From Rhodocyclaceae bacterium UBA2250 (GTDB lineage Bacteria; Pseudomonadota; Gammaproteobacteria; Burkholderiales; Rhodocyclaceae): a stretch of DNA of 64,000 nucleotides. A program made the position numbers and the translations under genes. Below are positions 12,688-26,290 of the stretch, piece after piece (position 1 is the first letter of the stretch; the number at the start of each line of letters is the position of its first letter). A model generated the notes under the pieces. The model made no database searches. It was given only the letters and a program-made list of their open reading frames with translations, and was not told the DNA's origin. Location: positions 13,583-77,582 of the forward strand of contig DDXW01000042.1 in assembly GCA_002347285.1 (NCBI GenBank), given 5' to 3'.

Positions 12688-14046
12688 CTACTTGCCGATG
12701 CAGAAGCGGCCGAAGATCGTTCCCAGCAGGTCATCGGCGGTGAATTCGCCGGTGATGCGGGACAGAGCCTCCTGCGCCACGCGCAACTCCTCGGCGGCCA
12801 GCTCCAGGCTGGCCAGCCGGCCGGCCGCGGCGGCGAGACGCTGCTCGGCTTCGTCGAGCGCCTCGAGATGGCGCGCCCGCGCCAGCAGCGCATCCTCGCC
12901 ATGGCCGCGCCAGCCGGCGATGCGCAGCAGCTCGTCATGCAGCAGCGGCACCCCCTCCCCGTGCCGCGCGGAAAGAACGAGGTGCACGACGCCCTGCTCG
13001 ACGCGCCGGCACTGCGCCCGCTGCGCGAGGTCGGACTTGTTCTCGACCACCACGCGTTCGATGCCGGCGGGCAGCCGGGCGGCGACCGCCTGGTCGGCGG
13101 GCGTGACGCCGCTGCGCGCGTCGACGATCTGCAGGATGACGTCGGCCCGTTCGATCTCGCGCCAGGTGCGCTCGATGCCGATCTTCTCGACCGTGTCCTC
13201 GGTGTCGCGCAGGCCGGCAGTGTCGATCACGTGCAGCGGGATGCCCTCGACCTGGATGGTTTCGCGCACGGCGTCGCGCGTGGTGCCGGCGATGTCGGTG
13301 ACGATCGCGCGCTCCTCGCCCGCCAGCCGGTTGAGCAGCGAGGACTTGCCGACGTTCGGCAGGCCGGCGAGCACGACGGTCAGGCCGGCGCGCAGCACGC
13401 TGCCTTCTCGGGCGCGGGTGCGCAGGGCCGCCAGGTCGGCGCGCAGCCGCGCCAGCCGCGGCACGATGTCGGTGTCGGCCAGCGGGTCGATTTCCTCGTC
13501 GGGGAAGTCGAGCGTCGCCTCGATCAGGCTGCGCAGCTCGATCAGGCCGTCGGTCAGCGCCCGCACCGCGTGAGAGAACTCGCCGGAGAGCGAGCGCAGC
13601 GCGGCGCGCGCCGCCTGGGCGGAGGCGGCCTCGATCAGGTCGGCGATGCCCTCCGCCTGCGCCAGATCGATCTTGTCGTTCTCGAAGGCGCGGCGCGAGA
13701 ACTCGCCCGGCTCCGCCAGGCGCGCGCCGAGCTCGACGCAGCGCGCCAGCAGCGCGTGCATCACCACCGGTCCGCCGTGGCCGTGCAGTTCGAGCACATC
13801 CTCGCCGGTGAAGGAATGCGGCGCCGAAAAGAACAGCAGCAGGCCCTGGTCGAGCAGCTGGCCGTCGGCGGCGCGAAAGTCGGCGATGACGGCGCGGCGC
13901 GGCTGAAAGGACTCGGCCGGCCGGCCGGTCAGCGTGGCGGCTAGGGAAAGCAGGTCATGGCCCGATACCCTGACGATGCCAACACCACCGCGACCCGGTG
14001 GAGTCGCGATGGCGGCAATGACATCAGTGGGCTTTGAGTCCCGCAC
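12688..14046 (-). CDS. mnmE: tRNA modification GTPase
   Basis: AIATPPGRGGVGIVRVSG, GLPNVGKSSLLN, GTTRD, DTAGLR, C-terminal FCIGK. Confidence 0.98.
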   Translation of the reverse strand: MRDSKPTDVIAAIATPPGRGGVGIVRVSGHDLLSLAATLTGRPAESFQPRRAVIADFRAADGQLLDQGLLLFFSAPHSFTGEDVLELHGHGGPVVMHALLARCVELGARLAEPGEFSRRAFENDKIDLAQAEGIADLIEAASAQAARAALRSLSGEFSHAVRALTDGLIELRSLIEATLDFPDEEIDPLADTDIVPRLARLRADLAALRTRAREGSVLRAGLTVVLAGLPNVGKSSLLNRLAGEERAIVTDIAGTTRDAVRETIQVEGIPLHVIDTAGLRDTEDTVEKIGIERTWREIERADVILQIVDARSGVTPADQAVAARLPAGIERVVVENKSDLAQRAQCRRVEQGVVHLVLSARHGEGVPLLHDELLRIAGWRGHGEDALLARARHLEALDEAEQRLAAAAGRLASLELAAEELRVAQEALSRITGEFTADDLLGTIFGRFCIGK

Positions 14047-15631
14047 TTTCGATCATGCGATTGACCTGCCACTGCTGGGCGATCGACAGGACGTTGTTCA
14101 CCGTCCAGTAGAGCACGAGGCCCGCCGGGAAGAACAGGAACATGCCCGTGAACACGATCGGCATCCAGAGCATGATCTTCGCCTGCATCGGATCGGGCGG
14201 CGTCGGGTTAAGCTTGGTCTGCACGAACATCGTCACGCCCATGATGATCGGCAGGACGTAATAGGGATCCTTGACCGAGAGATCGGTGATCCAGCCGAGC
14301 CAGGGCGCGCCGCGCATCTCGACGGTACCGAGCAGCACCCAGTAGAGCGCGATGAAGACGGGGATCTGCACGAGGATCGGCAGGCAGCCGCCGAGCGGGT
14401 TCACCTTCTCGCGCTTGTAGAGCTCCATCATCTCCTGGTTCATGCGCTGGCGGTCGTCGGCGTAGGTCTCCTTGAGCTTCATCAGCTTGGGCGTCAGCAC
14501 GCGCATCTTCGCCATCGACTTGTAGCTCGCCGCCGACAGCGGAAAGAAGGCCGCCTTGATCAGCACGGTGAGCAGGATGATCGCCCAGCCCCAGTTGCCG
14601 ACCAGCTTGTAGAGCCATTCGAGCACCCAGAACAGCGGCGCCGCGATCATCGTCAGCCAGCCGTAGTCGACCACCAGGTCAAGGCCCGGCGCGATCTTCT
14701 CGAGTTTGTCCTGCTCCTGGGGACCGGCGTAGAGCGGCACGCTCTGCTTGCCGGTGAACGGCACCACCATGCCGGCGGCGAACAGCTTGCCATCGAGCTT
14801 GCGCGTGAAGTATTCCCGCTCGCCGGCCGGCGGGAGCCAGGCCGAGAAGAAGTAATGCTGCACCATCGCCACCCAGCCGTTGTCCGCCTTGGTCGGGTGT
14901 TTGCTCTTGCCGCCGAAGTCGCCGAAATCGACCTTCTTGAACTTGTCCTGCTCGGTGTAAAACGCCGCCCCGGTGAAGGTCGAGGTGCCCATACGGCTTG
15001 CGCCTTCAGGTGCCTTGTCGTCGCGCGTCAGTTGAAAATAGGCGTGCGCGCCAGCCGGCACGGCAGCGTCGACAACGGTATGTTCCACAGCCATCAAGTA
15101 ACTACCGCGCTTGAAGACGTAGGTCTTGACGACCTTGCCGCCTCCTTCGATGGGTGCTTCGAGCGCGACGCGCAGTTCGTTTTCGCCATCCTTCAATTCC
15201 AGCGTTTCGGCGGGCAGCCGCCAGGCGCTTTTGTGGTTCGGCAAGCCGGCGCCGATCAGTCCGGACTGGGCGGCATAGGCATGGGCAGGATCGAAAAGGA
15301 CGAAATGCTCCCCGGGGTTTTCCGTCGCCTGGTGGCGCAACAGCTCGAGGCGCACCAGATCGCCGCCCTGCGCGGAAATCTCCGCGGCGACCAGATCGGT
15401 CCTGATCTTCAAGACGGCGGCCGACTGCGCCGGCTGGGCGCCTGCCGGCACCGCACCCGGTGCGGCGACGGCAGCCGGCGCCGGCGGGACGGCGGCCTCG
15501 CCTGCAGCCTGCGGCGCTGCCGCTTGTGTCGTCGCTGCCGGCATGGGCTGATCCTTGCGCTGCCATGCATCCCACAGCATCATGCACGAGAAGAAGAAGA
15601 CCAGCAGCAGTATCAGGCGTTGATTGTCCAT
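14024..15631 (-). CDS. yidC: Membrane protein insertase
   Basis: LVVDYGWL, GNWGWAII, NPLGGCLPILVQIPVF, GLVLYW. Confidence 0.97.
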   Translation of the reverse strand: MDNQRLILLLVFFFSCMMLWDAWQRKDQPMPAATTQAAAPQAAGEAAVPPAPAAVAAPGAVPAGAQPAQSAAVLKIRTDLVAAEISAQGGDLVRLELLRHQATENPGEHFVLFDPAHAYAAQSGLIGAGLPNHKSAWRLPAETLELKDGENELRVALEAPIEGGGKVVKTYVFKRGSYLMAVEHTVVDAAVPAGAHAYFQLTRDDKAPEGASRMGTSTFTGAAFYTEQDKFKKVDFGDFGGKSKHPTKADNGWVAMVQHYFFSAWLPPAGEREYFTRKLDGKLFAAGMVVPFTGKQSVPLYAGPQEQDKLEKIAPGLDLVVDYGWLTMIAAPLFWVLEWLYKLVGNWGWAIILLTVLIKAAFFPLSAASYKSMAKMRVLTPKLMKLKETYADDRQRMNQEMMELYKREKVNPLGGCLPILVQIPVFIALYWVLLGTVEMRGAPWLGWITDLSVKDPYYVLPIIMGVTMFVQTKLNPTPPDPMQAKIMLWMPIVFTGMFLFFPAGLVLYWTVNNVLSIAQQWQVNRMIESAGLKAH

Positions 15632-15671
15632 GGTTGATCACATCGACGGCAAGTCGTAAAGGGAGGCCATT

Positions 15672-15893
15672 CTACGGCACCGGATCATGGCCGCCAGGAT
15701 GCCACGGATGGCAACGGATCACCCGCCGCAACGCCAGCCAGAGTCCCTTGAGCGCACCATGACGCTCGAGCGCTTCGATGGCATAACAGGAGCAAGTCGG
15801 GTGAAAACGGCAACTGGGCGGCAGGAAGGGACTGATCGCCAACTGGTAGCCGCGGACCAGCCAGATGAAGGGTCTGGCCAGGAGGGACCTCAC
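15672..15893 (-). CDS. yidD: Membrane protein insertion efficiency factor
   Basis: [25 protein letters not shown]. Confidence 0.95.
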   Translation of the reverse strand: MRSLLARPFIWLVRGYQLAISPFLPPSCRFHPTCSCYAIEALERHGALKGLWLALRRVIRCHPWHPGGHDPVP

Positions 15894-16288
15894 GGCTTCA
15901 CCTCTCGCAGACCGTCAAGCAGAGCCTCGATATCAGCGCGCCAGGCCGCCCTGACCGCAGGATCGGCTGCACTGCCGCGACCGGTGACCGGCTGGGCGAG
16001 CCGCAGCACAAGATCCAGCGAAGGCAGTTGAACGCGTCGCCGACGGAAACATTCACGGGCCTGGCGCTTGATGGCATTGCGCAGCACGGCAGTGCGCGCC
16101 TGTTTCTTGGGGATCACCAAGCCGAGCCGCGCACCGCGACAGCCGTCGTTGGAGCGGAAATGGAGGGCGAACAGCCTGCCTCGCAGAACCCTTCTGGCAG
16201 AGAAAACCCCGGCATATTCCGCCGGCGTCCGCAACCGGTAATCCTTGCGGAATGCGGACCCGGCAACGGAATCGCCGCGATCGTTCAA
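15890..16288 (-). CDS. rnpA: RNase P protein component
   Basis: [22 protein letters not shown] (RNR motif); start uncertain (TTG). Confidence 0.9.
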   Translation of the reverse strand: MNDRGDSVAGSAFRKDYRLRTPAEYAGVFSARRVLRGRLFALHFRSNDGCRGARLGLVIPKKQARTAVLRNAIKRQARECFRRRRVQLPSLDLVLRLAQPVTGRGSAADPAVRAAWRADIEALLDGLREVKP

Positions 16289-16296
16289 GCAGGAGT

Positions 16297-16431
16297 TCAG
16301 ACGGCCAGGCGATGGCGGCCCTTGGCACGACGGGCACGCAGCACCGCGCGACCGCCGCGAGTGCGGGAGCGAACGAGGAAGCCATGGGTGCGCTTGCGGC
16401 GCACGACGGACGGTTGATAAGTACGTTTCAT
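16297..16431 (-). CDS. rpmH: 50S ribosomal protein L34
   Basis: Hand translation [44 protein letters not shown]; below the ORF-track size cut-off. Confidence 0.97.
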   Translation of the reverse strand: MKRTYQPSVVRRKRTHGFLVRSRTRGGRAVLRARRAKGRHRLAV

Positions 16432-16530
16432 GTCGGCAGTCCTTACAGAAAAGCTAGCGATTACAACCCGTTAGCGGCATTCATGTCAAGCTTTTTTTCT
16501 TTCCTTGGTCAGAAAAATACCGACACTGCT

Positions 16531-16539
16531 TGTGGATAA
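16531..16539 (-). promoter_or_regulatory. DnaA box in the rpmH-dnaA intergenic region
   Basis: TGTGGATAA, the reverse complement of TTATCCACA (perfect). Confidence 0.8.
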
Positions 16540-16673
16540 CTTCGGCTTGTTTGGCTAGAATAGTTTCTTTGGGAGTTTCCGAAACCATCATTGGCCGTTT
16601 GCGGAATTGATGGATCGGCTAGGTCATCCGGACCTGCCAAACTAAAAATATATTTATAAAATCATTAGGTTAA

Positions 16674-18065
16674 ATGAGTCAATTCTGGACCGACTGTCTG
16701 ACGCGCTTTGAAAGCGAACTGCCGGCTCAGCAGTTCAACGCGTGGATCAAGACCCTGCGGATGGAAACGCTGGAAGAGGGTCGCCGCCTGCGTCTGATCG
16801 CCCCGAACGGCTTCATTCTGCGCTGGGTGCGGGAACGCTACCTCGAGCGCGTCGAGGCCCTGTCGCGCCAGTTCTTCCATGAACCCGTGACGATCGATCT
16901 CGTCCTGGACGAAAAGCCGGTCGGTCTGCTGCAGAACACCGGAACGGACGAACAGTCAGCGGCGCAACAGACATCGGAAGAACTTGCCGCCGATCCGCCG
17001 CCGGCGCTCAAGTGTTCCCTGCCGGAAGACTCGCCGGACTACGGCAAGACCCGCCTCAACCCCGAATTCACTTTCGATACGCTGGTCACCGGCCGGTCCA
17101 ACGATCTGGCGCGCGCGGCAGCGCAGCAGGTCGCCCTCAACCCGGGCGCTTCATACAACCCGCTCTTCATTTACGGCGGCGTCGGACTGGGCAAAACCCA
17201 TCTGGTGCATGCGCTCGGCAATGAGGTGCTACGACACTCGCCGGACAAGGTCATCCGTTACATCCACGCCGAGGATTACTACTCCGACGTGGTGCGCGCC
17301 TTTCAGCAGAAATCCTTCGACACCTTCAAACGCGCTTACCGGACGCTCGACGTCCTGCTCATCGACGACATCCAGTTCTTCAACGGCAAGGCGCGCACCC
17401 AGGAAGAATTCTTCTACGTTTTCAACGCGCTGGTCGAAGCCAAGAAGCAGATCGTCATCACCTGCGACACCTATCCGAAAGACATCCAGGGGCTGGAGGA
17501 ACGCCTGATTTCCCGCTTCGATTGGGGGTTGACCGTACAGATCGAGCCTCCCGAACTCGAGATGCGTGTCGCCATCCTCAAGAAGAAGGCCGAGAGCGAA
17601 CATATCGACCTGGACGACGACGTGGCCTTCCTGATTGCCAAGAATCTCCGTTCGAACGTGCGCGAACTCGAAGGAGCGCTGAAAAAGGTACTGGCCTTCG
17701 CCCGTTTCCACAATCGCGAGATCACGCTCGAACTGGCCAAGGAAGCGCTGAAGGACATCATCGGCGCACACAATCGGCAGATCACGCTGGAAGTCATTCA
17801 GAAGACGGTCGCCGATTATTACAAGATCAAGGTCGCCGACATGTATTCGCAGAAACGCACCCGGGCGATTGCCCGTCCGCGCCAAGTGGCCATGTGGCTT
17901 GCGCGCGACCTGACGCCGCACAGCCTGCCGGAAATCGGAGAAGCCTTCGGCGGGCGCGACCACACGACGGTACTGCACGCCTGTCGCACGATCGTCGATC
18001 TACGCAGCAAGGACAGCCACCTGAACAACGATCTGCTCGTTCTCTCCCAGACGCTCAAGGGGTAG
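16674..18065 (+). CDS. dnaA: Chromosomal replication initiator
   Basis: [46 protein letters not shown]. Confidence 0.99.
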   Translation: MSQFWTDCLTRFESELPAQQFNAWIKTLRMETLEEGRRLRLIAPNGFILRWVRERYLERVEALSRQFFHEPVTIDLVLDEKPVGLLQNTGTDEQSAAQQTSEELAADPPPALKCSLPEDSPDYGKTRLNPEFTFDTLVTGRSNDLARAAAQQVALNPGASYNPLFIYGGVGLGKTHLVHALGNEVLRHSPDKVIRYIHAEDYYSDVVRAFQQKSFDTFKRAYRTLDVLLIDDIQFFNGKARTQEEFFYVFNALVEAKKQIVITCDTYPKDIQGLEERLISRFDWGLTVQIEPPELEMRVAILKKKAESEHIDLDDDVAFLIAKNLRSNVRELEGALKKVLAFARFHNREITLELAKEALKDIIGAHNRQITLEVIQKTVADYYKIKVADMYSQKRTRAIARPRQVAMWLARDLTPHSLPEIGEAFGGRDHTTVLHACRTIVDLRSKDSHLNNDLLVLSQTLKG

Positions 18066-18278
18066 GAACGCTTTGAACAAACCATGGAACAAGCTCTGGG
18101 GTAAATGTGGACAAATTTTCAGCTTCTATTGACGACATCAATCATCCACATTTATCCACACAATGCACCACTATGAAATTCACAGACTGTTAAGTGAACA
18201 ACTTATTGAAAACTATAAAATTCATTTAACTTTCCACCAATATCCCCGCCCTTCATCATCAATTAAGGAGTTTTAGAG
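18066..18278. other. DnaA-box cluster with AT-rich stretch, candidate oriC
   Basis: TGTGGACAA 18106-18114, TCATCCACA 18142-18150, TTATCCACA 18152-18160, AGTGAACAA 18193-18201, then an AT-rich run at about 18200-18235. Confidence 0.65.
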
Positions 18279-21882
<3,604 letters not shown>

Positions 21883-21885
21883 ATG

Positions 21886-21916
21886 AAAAGGGGGAACCGT
21901 GCCGGTTCCCCCTTTT
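21886..21916. terminator. Bidirectional intrinsic terminator
   Basis: AAAAGGGGGAACC-GTGCC-GGTTCCCCCTTTT between convergent gyrB and cytochrome c genes. Confidence 0.9.
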
Positions 21917-21934
21917 CTTGTCGGTTCGTTCAGC

Positions 21935-22357
21935 CTACTTGAAGTTCGCGCCCGACTGGTTCGTCATGAAGATGATGGCGTTCCTGAGTTCTTCCTCGGT
22001 CGCATCGGAGCCTCCCTTGGGCGGCATCGCGCCCTTGCCGGCCGTGGCCGATTTCACCAGCCCGTCGAGGCCCATGGCGATGCGTTGCGCCCAGGCCGCG
22101 TTGTCGCCCATCTTCGGTGCGTTGGCGGCGCCGGTGTCGTGGCAGGCGCCGCAGACGCCCTTGTAGATCGCCTCGCCGGAACGACCGCCCGCCGGGGCCG
22201 CCGCCTCGGCAGCGCCGAGTTTCACTTTCGCCACCGGCTGGATGCGGACATTGACGGCTTCCTCATCCATTTTCGGCTTGCCGCCCATTGCGACGGCGAG
22301 TGCCGGCGACAGGAGGAACAGACCGACGGCCAGCGTGTGCGGAAAACGCTTGCTCAT
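21935..22357 (-). CDS. Mono-heme cytochrome c5-family protein
   Basis: Signal peptide, RIQPVAKV, CGACH, GAMPPKGG. Confidence 0.88.
   Translation of the reverse strand: MSKRFPHTLAVGLFLLSPALAVAMGGKPKMDEEAVNVRIQPVAKVKLGAAEAAAPAGGRSGEAIYKGVCGACHDTGAANAPKMGDNAAWAQRIAMGLDGLVKSATAGKGAMPPKGGSDATEEELRNAIIFMTNQSGANFK
22200..22222 (-). repeat. 23-bp dispersed motif, 1 mismatch; inside the cytochrome c5 gene
   Basis: Minus strand AAACTCGGCGCTGCCGAGGCGGC, read as K-L-G-A-A-E-A. Confidence 0.9.
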
Positions 22358-22379
22358 TCTTGTGACCTAGATGTATGAC

Positions 22380-22456
22380 TGGCGCGCCCGGCGCGATTCG
22401 AACGCACGACCCCTGCCTTCGGAGGGCAGTACTCTATCCAGCTGAGCTACGGGCGC
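22380..22456 (-). tRNA. tRNA-Arg(CCG)
   Basis: GCGCCCGTAGCTCAGCTGGATAGAG...CTCCGAA...GTTCGAATC...GGGCGCGCCA, 77 nt with encoded CCA. Confidence 0.97.
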
Positions 22457-22480
22457 TTGGGGATGCGTATTCTACCGCGC

Positions 22481-23371
22481 TTACAAGCCGCGCGCCCAGG
22501 CCGGCCGCAGCGAAACCGTTTCCGGGCGGGTGACCGCCGCCCGCACCTGCGCGAGCAGACGCTCCTGGTCGGCGCCCAGCGTACCTTTGAGCACCAGCCA
22601 GTTCGAGGCGTGGTCGCTGCGGAACACGGTGCGGGTCAGCGCCAGCCCGGCGAGGAAGCGTTCCATCTCGACGAACAGCTCGTGCGGCGACAGCGGCTCC
22701 CAGCCGGGGAAGCCGGCGCGCAGCCGCTCCTCGCCGTGCGGGAAGCTCACCACCAGCGTCGCCAGGTATTCGGGCTGGGTCGCGTTGAGCAGCCGCGCCG
22801 AGTTGTCCGCATGCTGCTGCCACAAGCCGAGGCCGCCAAGACCATTCAAGATCATCACCGAGCGCGTGATGCCCGCCTCGCCGAGTTTGAGCAGCGCCTC
22901 GCGCGTCGTCTCGAAAGTCTCCCCCTTGCTGACACGCGCCAGCACCTCGTCGTCGCCGGATTCCGCGCCGACATACACGAGCTTCAGTCCGGCGTCGGCC
23001 AGTTCCTGCAGTTCGGCGACCGACTTCTTGCGCAGGTTGCGCGGCAGGCAATAGCTGGAGATGCGATGCACTGCCGGCAGATGCGAGCGGATCGCCGCCA
23101 GGATGGCGAGCAGGCGGCGCGTCGGCAGCACCAGCGCGTCGCCGTCGGCGAGAAAGACGCGGCGCACTTCGCCGCCGGAATGCTCGCCGCAGGCGCGGAT
23201 CGCCTCCAGCGTCTCGGCTTCGTCGCGTGCGCGGAACTTCTTCTGCGGCGCGGTGTACATCTCGCAGAAGGTGCACCGGTTCCACGAGCAGCCGTCGGTG
23301 ACGGGCAGGATCAGCGAGTCGGCCTCGGAGGGCGGACGGTAGACGGGATCGATATAACGGATCGGAAACAT
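22481..23371 (-). CDS. Radical SAM protein of unknown function
   Basis: PVYRPPSEA, CSWNRCTFC (CxxxCxxC), FRSDHASN; start taken at ATG 23371. Confidence 0.88.
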   Translation of the reverse strand: MFPIRYIDPVYRPPSEADSLILPVTDGCSWNRCTFCEMYTAPQKKFRARDEAETLEAIRACGEHSGGEVRRVFLADGDALVLPTRRLLAILAAIRSHLPAVHRISSYCLPRNLRKKSVAELQELADAGLKLVYVGAESGDDEVLARVSKGETFETTREALLKLGEAGITRSVMILNGLGGLGLWQQHADNSARLLNATQPEYLATLVVSFPHGEERLRAGFPGWEPLSPHELFVEMERFLAGLALTRTVFRSDHASNWLVLKGTLGADQERLLAQVRAAVTRPETVSLRPAWARGL

Positions 23372-23440
23372 GTGAAATGGCGGGGCTTCGATGTCTGCCA
23401 TTATGGATCAGGCGGCTGCCGCGGCTGCTAGCATCGCCCG

Positions 23441-24733
23441 ATGATGCCCGCCTGCTCCGCCTGGCTTAGCGCCCTCCTCACCCGCCGCATGCTGATCTGC
23501 GTGTTCACCGGCTTCGCGTCGGGCATGCCGCTCTACCTGCTGCTCAACCTGCTGCCGGCCTGGCTGTATTCCGAAGGCGTGAGCCTCAAGGCGATCGGCC
23601 TAATGACCCTGATCCAGTTTCCCTACACCTGGAAGTTCCTCTGGTCGCCGCTGCTCGACCGCTACGCGCTGCCGATCTTCTCGCTCGGCCGCCGGCGCAG
23701 CTGGATCCTCGTCACGCAGGGGCTGCTGCTGGTCGTCATCGCCCTGCTCGGCCGCTTCTCGCCGGCCACCGAACTGAGCGTGGTCGTCTGGCTCGCCGCG
23801 CTGCTCGCCTTCGTCTCGGCCACCGGCGACATCGCTCTCGACGCCTATCGCCGCGAACTGCTCGCCGAGCACGAACTGGGGTTGGGCAACTCGGTGCATG
23901 TGAACGCTTACCGCATCGCCGGTCTGGTGCCGGGCTCGTTGTCGCTGATCCTCGCCGACCATCTGCCGTGGGACACCGTGTTCCTCATCACCGCGCTGTT
24001 CATGCTGCCCGGCATGGCCATGGCGCTGCTGGTGCGGGAGCCGGTCATCGCCGGCGGTGCGCCGAAGACGCTGCGCGAGGCGGTCGTCGAGCCATTCCAC
24101 GAATTCATCACCCGCGCCGGGTTGAAGGAAGCGCTGCTGATCCTCGCCTTCATCTTCCTCTACAAGCTCGGCGATTCGATGGCCACCGCGCTGGCCACGC
24201 CCTTCTATCTCGACATGGGCTACGCCAAGTCGGACATCGGCCTCGTCGCCAAGCACGCCGGGCTGTGGCCGGCGGTGATCGGCGGCCTGCTCGGCGGGCT
24301 GTGGATGGTCAGCCTCGGCATCAACCGTGCGCTGTGGCTGTTCGGCGTGGTGCAGGTGGTGTCGATCTTCGGCTTCGCCTGGCTCGCCTCGCTCGGCCCG
24401 CAGGCCGCCGTCGACGGCGCGGCGCTGGCGCGGCTGGCCGTGGTGATCGGCTTCGAGGCGCTCGGCGTCGGTCTCGGCACGGCCGCCTTCGTCGCCTTCA
24501 TCGCGCGCGCCACGCATCCTGCCTACACGGCGACGCAGTTCGCGCTGTTCACCAGCCTGGCCGCCGTGCCGCGCACCTTCGTCAATGCCGCCACCGGTTG
24601 GCTGGTCGAGTCGCTGGGCTGGATGCCCTTCTTCCTGTTGTGTGTATTGCTGGCCCTGCCCGGGATGGCGTTGCTGCTCAAGGTCGCGCCGTGGCGCGCG
24701 GGCCACAAAGCGGTGCCGGCCTTGGAAAAATGA
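23441..24733 (+). CDS. ampG: AmpG-family muropeptide MFS transporter
   Basis: GFASGMPL, KFLWSPLLD, SATGDIALDAY, LYKLGD, ATQFALFTSL. Confidence 0.92.
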   Translation: MMPACSAWLSALLTRRMLICVFTGFASGMPLYLLLNLLPAWLYSEGVSLKAIGLMTLIQFPYTWKFLWSPLLDRYALPIFSLGRRRSWILVTQGLLLVVIALLGRFSPATELSVVVWLAALLAFVSATGDIALDAYRRELLAEHELGLGNSVHVNAYRIAGLVPGSLSLILADHLPWDTVFLITALFMLPGMAMALLVREPVIAGGAPKTLREAVVEPFHEFITRAGLKEALLILAFIFLYKLGDSMATALATPFYLDMGYAKSDIGLVAKHAGLWPAVIGGLLGGLWMVSLGINRALWLFGVVQVVSIFGFAWLASLGPQAAVDGAALARLAVVIGFEALGVGLGTAAFVAFIARATHPAYTATQFALFTSLAAVPRTFVNAATGWLVESLGWMPFFLLCVLLALPGMALLLKVAPWRAGHKAVPALEK

Positions 24734-24809
24734 GGGTCCGTCTCAACTTTTTTTGGCGGGCATCGTTAAGGTGAACACGACGCTTCGATAGTGAGCGGGG
24801 GGACAGGAA

Positions 24810-25019
24810 ATGGTGATCGTCATGGACATGGAAACGGGAAAAAAGATGACCGAGGCGGAAGCGGCCGCCGCGGAGTTCGGCGAGTTCGTCGATGAGGTGC
24901 TCAACGCGGGCTGGCTGCCCCAGTCCGAGGCGAGGCTGGAAGTGCACTCCCATGTCGATGGCGTGCCGGCCGCTGCTGCCGACGATTTCCTGCGCACCCT
25001 CTATCGCAACCAGGAGTAG
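24810..25019 (+). CDS. Small acidic hypothetical protein (69 aa)
   Basis: Fills the gap between ampG and the convergent methyltransferase; purine-rich GGGGGGACAGGAA before the ATG. Confidence 0.6.
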   Translation: MVIVMDMETGKKMTEAEAAAAEFGEFVDEVLNAGWLPQSEARLEVHSHVDGVPAAAADDFLRTLYRNQE

Positions 25020-25026
25020 CCGCGAA

Positions 25027-26223
25027 TCAGAGCGCGTGGCGCCGGTCGCCGTGCGCGAAGCCGAGCAGCGGCGTGTCGATGCCACGCCCGAGCGCGATCA
25101 CCTTGAACAACTCGCCCATCTCGCCTGGCGCCAGCAGCGTCTGCAGCGCGCCGCTCGCGCGCAGCGCCTGTTCCCCCCCGGCCTGCTGGCGCGCGGCCAG
25201 CAGCTCGCCGATACCGCAGTTGATCAGGAAGGTCGCCTGGCTGGTGTAGCCGAGCACTTCGAGGCCGGCGGCGTAGCCCGTCTCGGCGACGGCGGTGAAG
25301 TCGACATGGCTGGTGATGTCCGACAGTCCCGGCCACCAGAACGGATCGTCGTGCGCACGCTGGCGGTAGTGGCAGCGCAGGGTGCCGCGGTTGCGCTGCG
25401 GATGGTACAGCTCGTGGCGCGGCAGGCCGTAGTCGATCAGCAGCAGCGCGCCGCACGCCAGTCGCCGGCCCCACTCGCCGACCCAGGCGCGGGCCGCGAG
25501 GCCGATCTCGCTCTCGTAGGGCGCCGCCAGGTCGAGCTCCGCCATCGCCGCCGCCAGCGCGCCGTGCGCCGGCCGCTCGGCCCAGGCGAAGCCGCCGTCG
25601 GCGCTGAGGACCACGCCGCGCTCCATGAGCCCTGTCTCGCGCCAGGCGACCGCATGTGTCGGCAGCGCGTCGAGCAGTTCGTTGGCGACGACGACGCCGG
25701 CAAACGTCTCGGGCAGTTCGTCGAGCCAGGTCACGCGGTCGGCGAGATGCGGCGCCGCCGCCAGAAGCGTCTGCTGCTGGCGTGCGCGCAACTCACCCGA
25801 CAGCTCGAGGATCAGATAGCGCTCCGGCAGCGCGCCCAGCGCATCGAGCGCCTGCAGCAGGTCGGCGGCGAGCCGGCCGCTACCGGCGCCGACCTCGAGC
25901 AAAGTCGGTTCCGGCGAAGCGGCACAGTGAGTGAACACTTGCGCAATCTGCCGGGCGAGCGCCTGGCCGAACAGCGGCGTCAACTCGGGCGCGGTGACGA
26001 AGTCCCCCCCTGCGTGCAAATCGCCGAACTTCAGCGAGCCTCCTGAGTAGTAGCCGAGTCCCGGCAGGTGCAGCGCCATGTCCATGTAGTCGGCAAAGGG
26101 CAGCCAGCCGCCCGCGGCGCGTATCGCATCGGCGATGCAGGCGGACAGCGTGCGGCTCGATGCCTGCGCGTCGGCGGAAGGGATCGGCAGGAAATGCGGC
26201 GCGTGCTCGGCGGAGGTCACCAT
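25027..26223 (-). CDS. SAM-dependent methyltransferase, MidA/NDUFAF7 family
   Basis: GDFVTAPE, EVGAGSG, ANELLDALP, LLIDYG, DITSHVDF. Confidence 0.9.
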   Translation of the reverse strand: MVTSAEHAPHFLPIPSADAQASSRTLSACIADAIRAAGGWLPFADYMDMALHLPGLGYYSGGSLKFGDLHAGGDFVTAPELTPLFGQALARQIAQVFTHCAASPEPTLLEVGAGSGRLAADLLQALDALGALPERYLILELSGELRARQQQTLLAAAPHLADRVTWLDELPETFAGVVVANELLDALPTHAVAWRETGLMERGVVLSADGGFAWAERPAHGALAAAMAELDLAAPYESEIGLAARAWVGEWGRRLACGALLLIDYGLPRHELYHPQRNRGTLRCHYRQRAHDDPFWWPGLSDITSHVDFTAVAETGYAAGLEVLGYTSQATFLINCGIGELLAARQQAGGEQALRASGALQTLLAPGEMGELFKVIALGRGIDTPLLGFAHGDRRHAL

Positions 26224-26290
26224 CGGCCGGCATTCTACGGGTTGTCATCAACCCGTCGGCGCAGCGCGGGCGCTCGCTTGCGGCAGCCGC

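Noticed and set aside
22380-22456. tRNA-Arg(CCG) as an island integration site
   Set aside because: No integrase next to it and I found no duplicated tRNA 3' end elsewhere in the window; the site looks empty.
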